Below, piece by piece: positions 16,745 through 25,146 of a DNA stretch of 34,036 nt. Source of the DNA: Candidatus Zixiibacteriota bacterium (GTDB taxonomy: Bacteria > Zixibacteria > MSB-5A5 > WJJR01); assembly GCA_036170655.1 (NCBI GenBank), contig JAVHPP010000110.1, positions 1 through 34,036 on the forward strand, given 5' to 3'. The notes under the pieces are model-generated. The model was given only the letters and a program-made list of their open reading frames with translations, was not told the DNA's origin and did no database searches. Each line of letters begins with the position of its first letter. Position 1 is the stretch's first letter. A program made the position numbers and the translations under genes.

Positions 16745-18733
16745 ATGCGGAAAAGCACTCTGTGGGGTTTGCTGGCCATAGGAATGGTCAGCGCGATGGT
16801 CCTGTTCGGCTGTTCGCAGCAGTCCCCGCTGCAATCGGGAGACACGGTGTCCACACCTGGCGTGGCACCCCTTAATGATGATGGGGCGGTAATTCCGGGC
16901 GAGTACATCGTCGTCCTCAAGTCGGGCCAGTCCCAGGGACTTGGCAAACGTGCAGTGGCCGATGCCCTCAGTGTGGCGGCCTCTGCTGGCGCGAAGCCGC
17001 GCAATGTCTACAGCACGGTTCTTAACGGGTTTTCGGGCAAACTCACGGACGCCCAGTACCAGGCGCTCCTGACGAACCCGGCGGTTGATTACATCGAGCC
17101 CAACCGGACCATCCACATGATGGCCCAGACAGTGCCGTGGGGAATCACCAAAGTCAACGCCCCGCTGGCGCACGCACGTGGTGTGCGAGGTGCGACTGTG
17201 AAGGTTGGTATTATTGATACCGGTATCGACTACAACCATCCCGATCTGGCGGCCAACTACGCTGGCGGCATTGACTATGTCAACGGTGATAATAACCCGA
17301 TGGACGATAATGGCCACGGCACCCATGTTTCGGGCACGGTTGCGGCCATCGATAACACTGTTGGAGTTATCGGTGTGGCTCCTTCGTGCCGACTGTACGG
17401 TGTCAAAGTTCTTGATGCATCCGGCAGTGGCACATTTGCCGACGTGATTTCGGGCATCGACTGGTGCGCCGCGAACGGCATGCAGGTTGCTAACATGAGC
17501 CTTGGCGCATCGTCCGGAACGACTGCGCTCCAAACTGCGTGCGACAACGCTTTGGCGGCTGGAGTTGTGATCTGTGCGGCCGCGGGCAACGGATATGGCG
17601 CCCCGGTGTCCTATCCTGCGGCGTACTTGTCATGCATTGCGGTTGCCGCCACTGATCAGAACAACAATCGGGCGTCATTCTCAAACATCGGTTCGCAGAT
17701 GGATGTTGCCGCCCCCGGTGTGTCAGTCTACTCAACCTATCCGGGGAGCAGCTATGCCACGATGGACGGCACAAGCATGGCGACTCCGCACGCGACCGGT
17801 GTCTGCGCGCTGATCTGGTCAACCGGCAGTTACACAACTGCTTCAGCAGTTCGTACGCGCCTGACCAGCACATGTACCGACATTGGCTCGGCCGGATTCG
17901 ACAACAGCTTCGGCAATGGCCTGATCAATGCTGATGCTGCGACCGCAGGTGGCGGCGGTGGCAATCAGCCGCCGGTTGCCAACGCGAACGGCCCATACAG
18001 TGGCACGGCCGGAACAGCGGTGTCGTTTTCATCGGCGGGCTCGAGTGATCCGGATGGTACAATTGCCAGCTACGCGTGGACGTTTGGCGACGGTGGGACC
18101 AGCACAGTGGCCAACCCGACGCACACTTACGCCGCGGCAGGCACCTACAGCGTGTCTCTGACCGTGACCGACAATCTGGGCGCGACCGGCTCCAATTCGA
18201 CGACCGCGACCATCAGTAGCGGCGCCAATCAGCCGCCTGTGGCCAACGCGAACGGCCCATACAGTGGCACGGCCGGAACAGCGGTGTCATTCTCTTCGGT
18301 CGGATCGAGCGATCCCGATGGTTCTATCGCCAGCTACTCGTGGAACTTCGGCGACGGCGGGACCAGCACAGCGGCCAACCCGACGCACACTTACGCCGCG
18401 GCAGGCACCTACAACGTGTCTCTGACCGTGACCGACAATCTGGGCGCGACCGGCTCCAATTCGACGACCGCCACCATCAGCGGCGGCGGCGGATCGGATG
18501 TTGTGACGATTACGCGGGCGCAATACCAGGTGTCCAAGAAGAAGCTCACCGTGCGCGCCACATCGAGCCTGCAGCCGACACCGACGCTGACGGTCACGGG
18601 ATACGGCACGATGACATGGAAGGGCACCAAGGGGTACTACGAACTCAGTAAGACTGTGAGCCCTGGTCCCACGTCGGTCACCGTGACATCCAGCCTCGGC
18701 GGATCAGCCACGCAGACCGTCACCAACAAGTAA
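16745..18733 (+). CDS. Lipoprotein subtilisin-like S8 protease: I9 propeptide, catalytic domain, 2 PKD domains, C-terminal beta-rich domain
   Basis: LFG-C lipobox; IPGEYIVV (I9); triad IDTG, HGTHVSG, GTSMA; AAAGN oxyanion Asn; two WxFGDG...HTY...VSLTVTDN PKD repeats. GGAGG SD before ATG 16745. Confidence 0.93.
   Translation: MRKSTLWGLLAIGMVSAMVLFGCSQQSPLQSGDTVSTPGVAPLNDDGAVIPGEYIVVLKSGQSQGLGKRAVADALSVAASAGAKPRNVYSTVLNGFSGKLTDAQYQALLTNPAVDYIEPNRTIHMMAQTVPWGITKVNAPLAHARGVRGATVKVGIIDTGIDYNHPDLAANYAGGIDYVNGDNNPMDDNGHGTHVSGTVAAIDNTVGVIGVAPSCRLYGVKVLDASGSGTFADVISGIDWCAANGMQVANMSLGASSGTTALQTACDNALAAGVVICAAAGNGYGAPVSYPAAYLSCIAVAATDQNNNRASFSNIGSQMDVAAPGVSVYSTYPGSSYATMDGTSMATPHATGVCALIWSTGSYTTASAVRTRLTSTCTDIGSAGFDNSFGNGLINADAATAGGGGGNQPPVANANGPYSGTAGTAVSFSSAGSSDPDGTIASYAWTFGDGGTSTVANPTHTYAAAGTYSVSLTVTDNLGATGSNSTTATISSGANQPPVANANGPYSGTAGTAVSFSSVGSSDPDGSIASYSWNFGDGGTSTAANPTHTYAAAGTYNVSLTVTDNLGATGSNSTTATISGGGGSDVVTITRAQYQVSKKKLTVRATSSLQPTPTLTVTGYGTMTWKGTKGYYELSKTVSPGPTSVTVTSSLGGSATQTVTNK
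17962..18489 (+). repeat. Tandem 264-bp direct repeat encoding two PKD domains
   Basis: CAATCAGCCGCC starts at 17962 and again at 18226 (period 264 nt = 88 codons), with long stretches identical at the DNA level. Confidence 0.92.
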
Positions 18734-18763
18734 TCGACGCCCCGCACCCAGCGCCGAACGCTC

Positions 18764-18795
18764 ATGGGGTTCTCTTCGGAGAACCCCATTGTTTT
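18764..18795 (+). terminator. Rho-independent terminator
   Basis: ATGGGGTTCTC-TTCG-GAGAACCCCAT then TGTTTT, 30 nt after the subtilase stop. Confidence 0.85.
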
Positions 18796-18956
18796 GAAGA
18801 CAGGCACGACACTTCGGCCCGGACTGAATCCACCAAGGCGGCCTTGTGTTAATGACCAGGGGGGCCGTACCATAAGCGGTTCTTGGTCGATGTTCGGGAT
18901 GAGACCTTCCCGGCGACCTGACTGCCAGTGAAGGTGATGTGAGGGCGCAGAACCGC

Positions 18957-20759
18957 ATGGATCAACGCTTCATCCGAAACTTCTCGATCATCGCCCACAT
19001 CGATCACGGCAAGTCCACACTCGCGGACCGGCTGCTCGAACTGACGGGTACGATCGATTCGCGGAAAATGCGCGCGCAGGTCCTGGACGACATGGACTTG
19101 GAGCGGGAACGCGGCATCACGATCAAGGCCCACGCCATTCGGATGAACTACAGGGCAACGGATGGCTCGGATTACGTGCTCAATCTGATCGACACACCGG
19201 GGCACGTGGACTTCAACTACGAGGTCTCGCGTTCGCTGGCTGCCTGCGAGGGAGCGATTCTCGTTGTCGATGCCGCGCAGGGAATCCAGGCGCAGACGGT
19301 GGCCAATGCCTACCTCGCCATCGAGGCGGGGCTGACGATCATTCCCGTGCTGAACAAGATCGATCTGCCGTCAGCCGACCCGGAGCGGCACGCCGCCGAA
19401 GTCGCTGATCTGCTGTCGTGCGAGCCCAAGGATGTGCTGCGCGTGTCAGCCAAGTCGGGTCTGAACACCGGGCAACTGCTGGAGGAGATCATCCGCCGCA
19501 TTCCGCCGCCGTCGGGCGATCCCGCCGCCCCGTTTCGGGCGCTGGTCTTCGATTCGGCGTATGATGTTTACCACGGAGCCGTGGCGTACGTCCGTGTGGT
19601 CGACGGGACGCTTACAACGGGCGAACGGGTTCGCTTTTTCGCGCATCCGGGCGAGCACGAGACCGATGAAATCGGCGTGATGCAGTTACGGCATGTGCTG
19701 ACGGGCACGCTCGCGGCCGGGGAAGTCGGTTATGTCACCGCGCACATCCGCGATGTGCACGAGGCCCGCGTGGGCGATACGATCACGACCGTGACCTGCC
19801 CCGCCGCCGCGCCGTTGCCGGGATTCCGCGTGGTCCAGCCCATGGTCTTCTCCGGGCTGTATCCGGCCGATTCTGAGCGGTTTGGCGATCTGCGGACGGC
19901 GCTGGAAAAGCTGCGGCTCAACGATGCGTCGTTGTCATTTGTCCCGGAGCGGTCGTTGGCGCTGGGATTCGGTTTCCGTTGCGGATTCTTGGGGCTTCTG
20001 CATCTGGAGATCGTGCGGGAACGTCTGGCGCGCGAGTTTGACCAGGCGATTGTCGCCACGGTGCCGAATGTCGAGTACCAGGTGACCATGAACGGAGGGT
20101 CCACGCAGGCCATCGACAATCCCGCCGACATGCCCCCGCACGGGCAGTACGAATCCATCGCGGAACCGTATGTACGCATGCACGTTGTCTGTCCTGCTTC
20201 GTGGGTGGGCGCAGTGATGACGCTCTCGACCGGCAAGCGGGGGCTGTATCTCAATACTGAGTATGTGGCGGGTGGCCGGGCCCGTCTGGTTTTTGATATG
20301 CCGCTGGCCGAGGTCATCTTCGATTACTATGACCGGTTGAAGTCGGTGACGCGAGGTTACGGTTCGCTCGACTACGACTTCCTCGAATTTCGCCAGAGTT
20401 CTCTCGAAAAACTCGAGGTCCGTTTGAGCGGGGAGACCGTCGATGCGCTCTCCCTGATTGTCCCGCGCGATTCCGCCTTCCGCATCGGCAAGAAACTGTG
20501 TGAGGCGCTGAAGGAACTGATTCCCCGTCAGCAATTCGAGGTGATCATCCAAGCCGCCATCGGCGGCGGCAAGCCGATCGCACGCGAGTCGATCAAGCCG
20601 TTGCGCAAAGACGTGACCGCCAAACTGTATGGCGGCGACATCACGCGCAAACGCAAGCTCCTCGAGAAGCAGAAGGTCGGCAAGAAAAAGATGAAGCGCA
20701 TCGGGCATGTCGATATCCCCCCCGAAGCGTTCTTCGCGGTGCTGAAGATCGGGGAGTGA
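18957..20759 (+). CDS. lepA: Elongation factor 4 (LepA)
   Basis: IRNFSIIAHIDHGKSTLADRL, RERGITIK, DTPGHVDF, NKID, GFRCGFLGLLH, RKDVTAKLYGGDITRKRKLLEKQK. Confidence 0.97.
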   Translation: MDQRFIRNFSIIAHIDHGKSTLADRLLELTGTIDSRKMRAQVLDDMDLERERGITIKAHAIRMNYRATDGSDYVLNLIDTPGHVDFNYEVSRSLAACEGAILVVDAAQGIQAQTVANAYLAIEAGLTIIPVLNKIDLPSADPERHAAEVADLLSCEPKDVLRVSAKSGLNTGQLLEEIIRRIPPPSGDPAAPFRALVFDSAYDVYHGAVAYVRVVDGTLTTGERVRFFAHPGEHETDEIGVMQLRHVLTGTLAAGEVGYVTAHIRDVHEARVGDTITTVTCPAAAPLPGFRVVQPMVFSGLYPADSERFGDLRTALEKLRLNDASLSFVPERSLALGFGFRCGFLGLLHLEIVRERLAREFDQAIVATVPNVEYQVTMNGGSTQAIDNPADMPPHGQYESIAEPYVRMHVVCPASWVGAVMTLSTGKRGLYLNTEYVAGGRARLVFDMPLAEVIFDYYDRLKSVTRGYGSLDYDFLEFRQSSLEKLEVRLSGETVDALSLIVPRDSAFRIGKKLCEALKELIPRQQFEVIIQAAIGGGKPIARESIKPLRKDVTAKLYGGDITRKRKLLEKQKVGKKKMKRIGHVDIPPEAFFAVLKIGE

Positions 20760-20777
20760 TACGCGATCAGCAACGTG

Positions 20778-22310
20778 TCAGGAGATCGTTGTCTGATCCT
20801 GCCTGTCTTCGGAGCGGTAGTTGACGGCGATATAGTCGTGAATGTTGATGCCTTCAACTTTCGGGTCGAGGATTTCAGCGATGTGGATGGTCTCTTCTGC
20901 TGCTGTTGTTTCCCGGGCCTTCAGACGGAGGTGGGAGCGGATTGGGTTGCCATCGCGGTCGCGGATGATGAGGACTTCGGGGGCAAAGGGATCGTCAGGA
21001 ACATTGTGGGTGACAACCGCCACAGCCCCGTCGGACAATCGCGCCAGGGTGCCGACCGGGAATAACCCGAGGACATTGATGAACGCTTTCAGGATCAGAG
21101 GATCGTACCACTGGCGTCCCTTGTAGACGATGCGCTTCATGGCCTCGTCTGGGGGGGTCGGGACTTTCTGGTAGACACGGCCGGCTGTCATGGCATCGAA
21201 GACATCACACAACATGATGATGCGCGAGTAGAGGTGCAGTTCACGGGGCCGGCTGAGCGTGGGGTACCCGCTGCCGTCCATTCGCAGGTGGTGCTCGAAG
21301 GCGCCCGCCATGGCGGTGCCGATCTGCGCGTCGATGTGACGCATGCTGGCGAGGGTCAGCGCGCCGAGCGTGGGGTGGCGTTTGATCTGGGCCCAGTCGT
21401 TCTCGTCGAATTCCTCCGGTTTGCGGATCAATTCCTGCGGCAGTTTGACTTTGCCGATGTCATGGAACAACGCCGCCATCCCAAGCTGGGTCAGCCGCAC
21501 ACGGCCCAGCCCCAGCCGCATGCCGACGGCGATGGAATAGATGGCAACATTGACCGAGTGGTAGTAGGTATAGTCGTCGAATTCCTTCAGCGTGGTGAAC
21601 TCAAGGAGCATCTCTTCGTCGTTGGCGATCGTATCGATCAACTGGTGGACGATCCGTCGTGTGGCCGATGCGTCGAAGGAGTTTCGATCACGGACATGTT
21701 CCCAGTATTCCTGCACGACGGATTCCGTCCGGTGGAAGAGCGCATGGGCGCGACGTTTTCGCAGCACGATCGGATCGGTGTCGCCGGGCTGTTCCATGGC
21801 CAGCCGTTCACTGGTCTTGGGAGCCAGCGGGGTAATGGTGACGCCAGTTAATCCCAGTTTCGTCCAGGTTTCGGCCAGCAATTCATACGGTCTCTCGGCG
21901 CGGACGTCGCAACTCGCCAGAGCCAGAAGCGCCTGATCGAGGTCGCCCGGCGGGGGGTTAACGCTAATTGTTATGCCTCCCAGTTGCAGGTTGGTGAATC
22001 GGCCGGCCAGCGACCGCCCGAAGGAGAACTCGCGGTCGTAGTTCAGACGCTGGCCGTTAAAGAAAAAATAGTCGTTCTGATACGTGATAACACAGTCGGC
22101 GCCGGTGGCAAAGACAGCGGCGAGCGCAGCGGTCAGTTCCTGGCGGCGCGACTTGTACGCGTTATTGTTCTCGTCGTAAACCCCGGCCGCACGCCATGCG
22201 GCGAAGAGCGCTTTGAGCACGGGCAGCGCGAGGATGGATGGCTCCGCGGACGTAGACGTTGCCGGGGGAATGGCCGGTGGTTCGACATGGCTCACTACAA
22301 GACGCATCAT
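20778..22310 (-). CDS. HD-GYP domain protein (putative cyclic-dinucleotide phosphodiesterase)
   Basis: DDYTYYHSVNV, LFHDIGK, IKRHP, EHHLRMDGSGYP, DVFDAMT..R.Y, plus a C-terminal FPVGTL extension. Confidence 0.88.
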   Translation of the reverse strand: MMRLVVSHVEPPAIPPATSTSAEPSILALPVLKALFAAWRAAGVYDENNNAYKSRRQELTAALAAVFATGADCVITYQNDYFFFNGQRLNYDREFSFGRSLAGRFTNLQLGGITISVNPPPGDLDQALLALASCDVRAERPYELLAETWTKLGLTGVTITPLAPKTSERLAMEQPGDTDPIVLRKRRAHALFHRTESVVQEYWEHVRDRNSFDASATRRIVHQLIDTIANDEEMLLEFTTLKEFDDYTYYHSVNVAIYSIAVGMRLGLGRVRLTQLGMAALFHDIGKVKLPQELIRKPEEFDENDWAQIKRHPTLGALTLASMRHIDAQIGTAMAGAFEHHLRMDGSGYPTLSRPRELHLYSRIIMLCDVFDAMTAGRVYQKVPTPPDEAMKRIVYKGRQWYDPLILKAFINVLGLFPVGTLARLSDGAVAVVTHNVPDDPFAPEVLIIRDRDGNPIRSHLRLKARETTAAEETIHIAEILDPKVEGINIHDYIAVNYRSEDRQDQTTIS

Positions 22311-24118
22311 GTGTCACCTTCCTCGCGCGTGTCACCGTTTGTCTGGACGGGTACGGACGTTTGGTCCGCCGGGACGGATTTGAAGCGGAGCGCTTGTTGC
22401 GCGGCCTGCGCGATCTGACGGTTGTGGTGTCGCCCCAAGATTCCCAACTCCGCCGCCACAGGGCCGCTGCGGCACCAGCCGAGGGCCTGGATCGCGGCTA
22501 GCCGGACCGGCAGCCAGCGGCGTCGGCCAAACCACGGCGACCGTTTGGCCAGTGCCAGCAACTTGCCGGCGGCTTTTGCTCCGCCCGCGCGGGCGTAAGC
22601 CTGGAGCAGTTCCCGCAGTTCCTCGGGGTCGTTGTCCGTCAGATCGGGCTGATCAATCAGCGACTGGAGTTCGCTGGTGGCGTGACCATCGTGATCGCCG
22701 CCAATGGATTTCAACGCCTTGAGGCGCAGATCGCGGTCGGAGTCTTTCAGGAATTGCAGCATGATCCGCCCGGCATCGGGGCTTGTGATCTTCTTGAGCG
22801 CTTTCAATGTCCCGAGGCGGACCCGTTTGTCATGGTGGCTGGCCGACTTACGGAGGTAATTGATCACGCGCTCGCCGCCAATCTCACCCAAAACGATGGC
22901 GACATTGCGGACAACATACCAGCGCTTGTCGTAGACAAACGCGCCGATCAGGTCGACGCCTTCGCGTCCGTTGGTTGCCAGCACATCGCAGACCATCTTG
23001 CGTGCCGCCCGGTGCTCCAGCGTGGAGAGCATCGCAGTGATCGGCTTGAGCGCCGTTGCGCCGAACGATTCGAGGAACTGCTTCATCTCGGTCAAATCCA
23101 TCTGTGGATTGGCATTCAGGTATTGCGTCAGCCGCTCGAAATGATGCGGATCGCCGGCAGAGATGATGGCCGACTGCAGTCGCTGCTGGAGATTCGGGGA
23201 AATGTCAGAGGGCGACGACTGCCATCCGGCCATGATCCATCGTGCCATGTCCCACGCGTCGACCCTGACGGCGTGTTCGAACTGTCGCTCGGTCATGTTG
23301 ATGGCATCATTCTGGATCAAGGCATCGCCGGTCCCACGGATGATCTCGAAGAGAATGCCGAGCCCGAGTTGTTCGGCGGCGCTCTCCGGCTCCGGTTCGG
23401 CGTATGAAGCAATCTCGGCCTGCTCCGCCTGCGACAATCCGACAACGTCGCCGAACACGTTCAGGACGTAGGCGAACCGTTCGCCCTGTTTGCCGCCGTA
23501 CGGCCCCTGCAGCAGCTGACTCTCATCACCGGTGTCTGCTTCACCCGGTGTCTTCTTGGCGTTGATGACAAAGCTGCGGTGTCGTGACTCGAGTTGTGCT
23601 TCACTGGCCGCGTTGATGTAGGTTCCGTTGACAACACGGTCGATCGTATAGTGCCGGATATGGGAAAGCCCGGCCTCCCACAGGCGGTTGGCCACGTCGA
23701 CCGCCACGCCCGCGGCCGAAAACGCCTCGGCCATCACTGTCAGGAAACGATCGGTCTCGTCCCGGTCTACGCCCGGCTCGAAAGCGATCTCACGAATTCC
23801 ATCACGAAAGAGGATGTAGGCCAGGTTGTCTTCGGTGTTCTGGCGTTCGCAGGCCGGGTTGCCATCATAGGTAAATCCCTTGTCGGTCGTGACCAGGACG
23901 AAGCGTCCGTTCGCGTCTAAGTGCTTCGACAAAGCATCGAAGAACTTCTGGCGGAATTCGGCCGGCCGGGGATTGGTTGGCGGATACAGGCACACGGTTT
24001 TCACCGCGCGCTCCCAAGTGGAACAGAACTCGACCACGGATGCCATGCATGGATCGCCCGTGGCCGCATTCTTCGGCTGCGGCGTCGTGTCGAAGTCGAT
24101 GAAATTCTTCTCTGTCAT
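22307..24118 (-). CDS. HEAT-repeat protein
   Basis: C-terminal HEAT-like repeats (DKRWYVVRNVAIVLG, HDKRVRLGTLKAL, DSDRDLRLKALKSIG, VRLAAIQALG). Its stop overlaps the HD-GYP start (ATGA). Confidence 0.8.
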   Translation of the reverse strand: MTEKNFIDFDTTPQPKNAATGDPCMASVVEFCSTWERAVKTVCLYPPTNPRPAEFRQKFFDALSKHLDANGRFVLVTTDKGFTYDGNPACERQNTEDNLAYILFRDGIREIAFEPGVDRDETDRFLTVMAEAFSAAGVAVDVANRLWEAGLSHIRHYTIDRVVNGTYINAASEAQLESRHRSFVINAKKTPGEADTGDESQLLQGPYGGKQGERFAYVLNVFGDVVGLSQAEQAEIASYAEPEPESAAEQLGLGILFEIIRGTGDALIQNDAINMTERQFEHAVRVDAWDMARWIMAGWQSSPSDISPNLQQRLQSAIISAGDPHHFERLTQYLNANPQMDLTEMKQFLESFGATALKPITAMLSTLEHRAARKMVCDVLATNGREGVDLIGAFVYDKRWYVVRNVAIVLGEIGGERVINYLRKSASHHDKRVRLGTLKALKKITSPDAGRIMLQFLKDSDRDLRLKALKSIGGDHDGHATSELQSLIDQPDLTDNDPEELRELLQAYARAGGAKAAGKLLALAKRSPWFGRRRWLPVRLAAIQALGWCRSGPVAAELGILGRHHNRQIAQAAQQALRFKSVPADQTSVPVQTNGDTREEGDT

Positions 24119-24169
24119 GCCGTTATTGACTTGTATCGGCGATGAGAGGGTGGTCGATGACCCACCCGG

Positions 24170-24889
24170 TTATGCCACTTTGTTCACCGGATGGTATCGC
24201 CGTGCGCGGCCAAGCCGGTCGGCCAACTGGTTGAGACGGTCGCGTAGGAGGGCGAGGTCATCGTGATGGTTTAGAAACTCGTCCATGACAGCCCCGACTC
24301 GTACCTGTTCTTCGTACGCTTGTCGCGTAGGAGATGGAATCGCCGAGGCGTCCGGATTGCCAGTTTCTTCGCCATTCGACTGGCGCACCTGCAAGCGCAT
24401 CTGTTGCGCGGTCTCGGCGGCGCCATTGCGGACGGCGACTTCAAGAATCGCGGGATCATCGGAGTTGGCATTGAGAATGGCGTTGTAGATTGGCGCCCGG
24501 GGTCCTGTGACCATATCCTCCAGCTCCGGATTCTTCTGTAATGCAGCATGGATCAAATCGGAAGCCCGTATCCTGCCATTGCCATCGCGATCGAGCGCGG
24601 CAAAGACCTCGGCCGGTCCGCCAAACTCGGACTGCGTGAGTTGGCCGTCGCCGTCCCGATCCCGCTGCCTTACCTCCTCAGCGAAGTGTTCTGTTAGCAT
24701 CTCGGAGAGTGTGTCCAGTTTGCCGGCTGAAGTGGGCGCGGTATTCGGAGTGAGGTTTTCGGACAAATGGTCGCTTGGGGCACTGCTCTCCGGGTTTGGC
24801 AACACCGGCCTGTGGCGACTTGACGAACCGCTTCGAGATCCAGTCTGCCGGATGGCAGACAGAGTATAGATGGCATCCGCTATGTGCAT
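24170..24889 (-). CDS. EF-hand-pair hypothetical protein
   Basis: DRDGDGQLTQSE and DRDGNGRIRASD Ca-binding loops. Start tentatively ATG 24889 (G-rich SD-like stretch); the ORF-track extension to 25087 is doubtful. Confidence 0.6.
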   Translation of the reverse strand: MHIADAIYTLSAIRQTGSRSGSSSRHRPVLPNPESSAPSDHLSENLTPNTAPTSAGKLDTLSEMLTEHFAEEVRQRDRDGDGQLTQSEFGGPAEVFAALDRDGNGRIRASDLIHAALQKNPELEDMVTGPRAPIYNAILNANSDDPAILEVAVRNGAAETAQQMRLQVRQSNGEETGNPDASAIPSPTRQAYEEQVRVGAVMDEFLNHHDDLALLRDRLNQLADRLGRARRYHPVNKVA

Positions 24890-25146
24890 GACCCCCGCCC
24901 CAAACACCTGTGGATGGGGAATCCATACGCAAATGCCGTTCCCGATGGCGCTCGATTCAAACTTGTGATGTGCCCTGAAAGGTGCTGCTGTCCAAGATCT
25001 TACGGATTGACAGATGGGCACGGAGCCGACGGTGGATCCGGGGGCGCGGATAGTATGGGATCGGCGCCATACTCGTGATGTTTCCACTGTGTTGTCGGCG
25101 GATTTGGCATTGCTCTGTGTCAGATGGCAGACTACTCTGCCATGCG

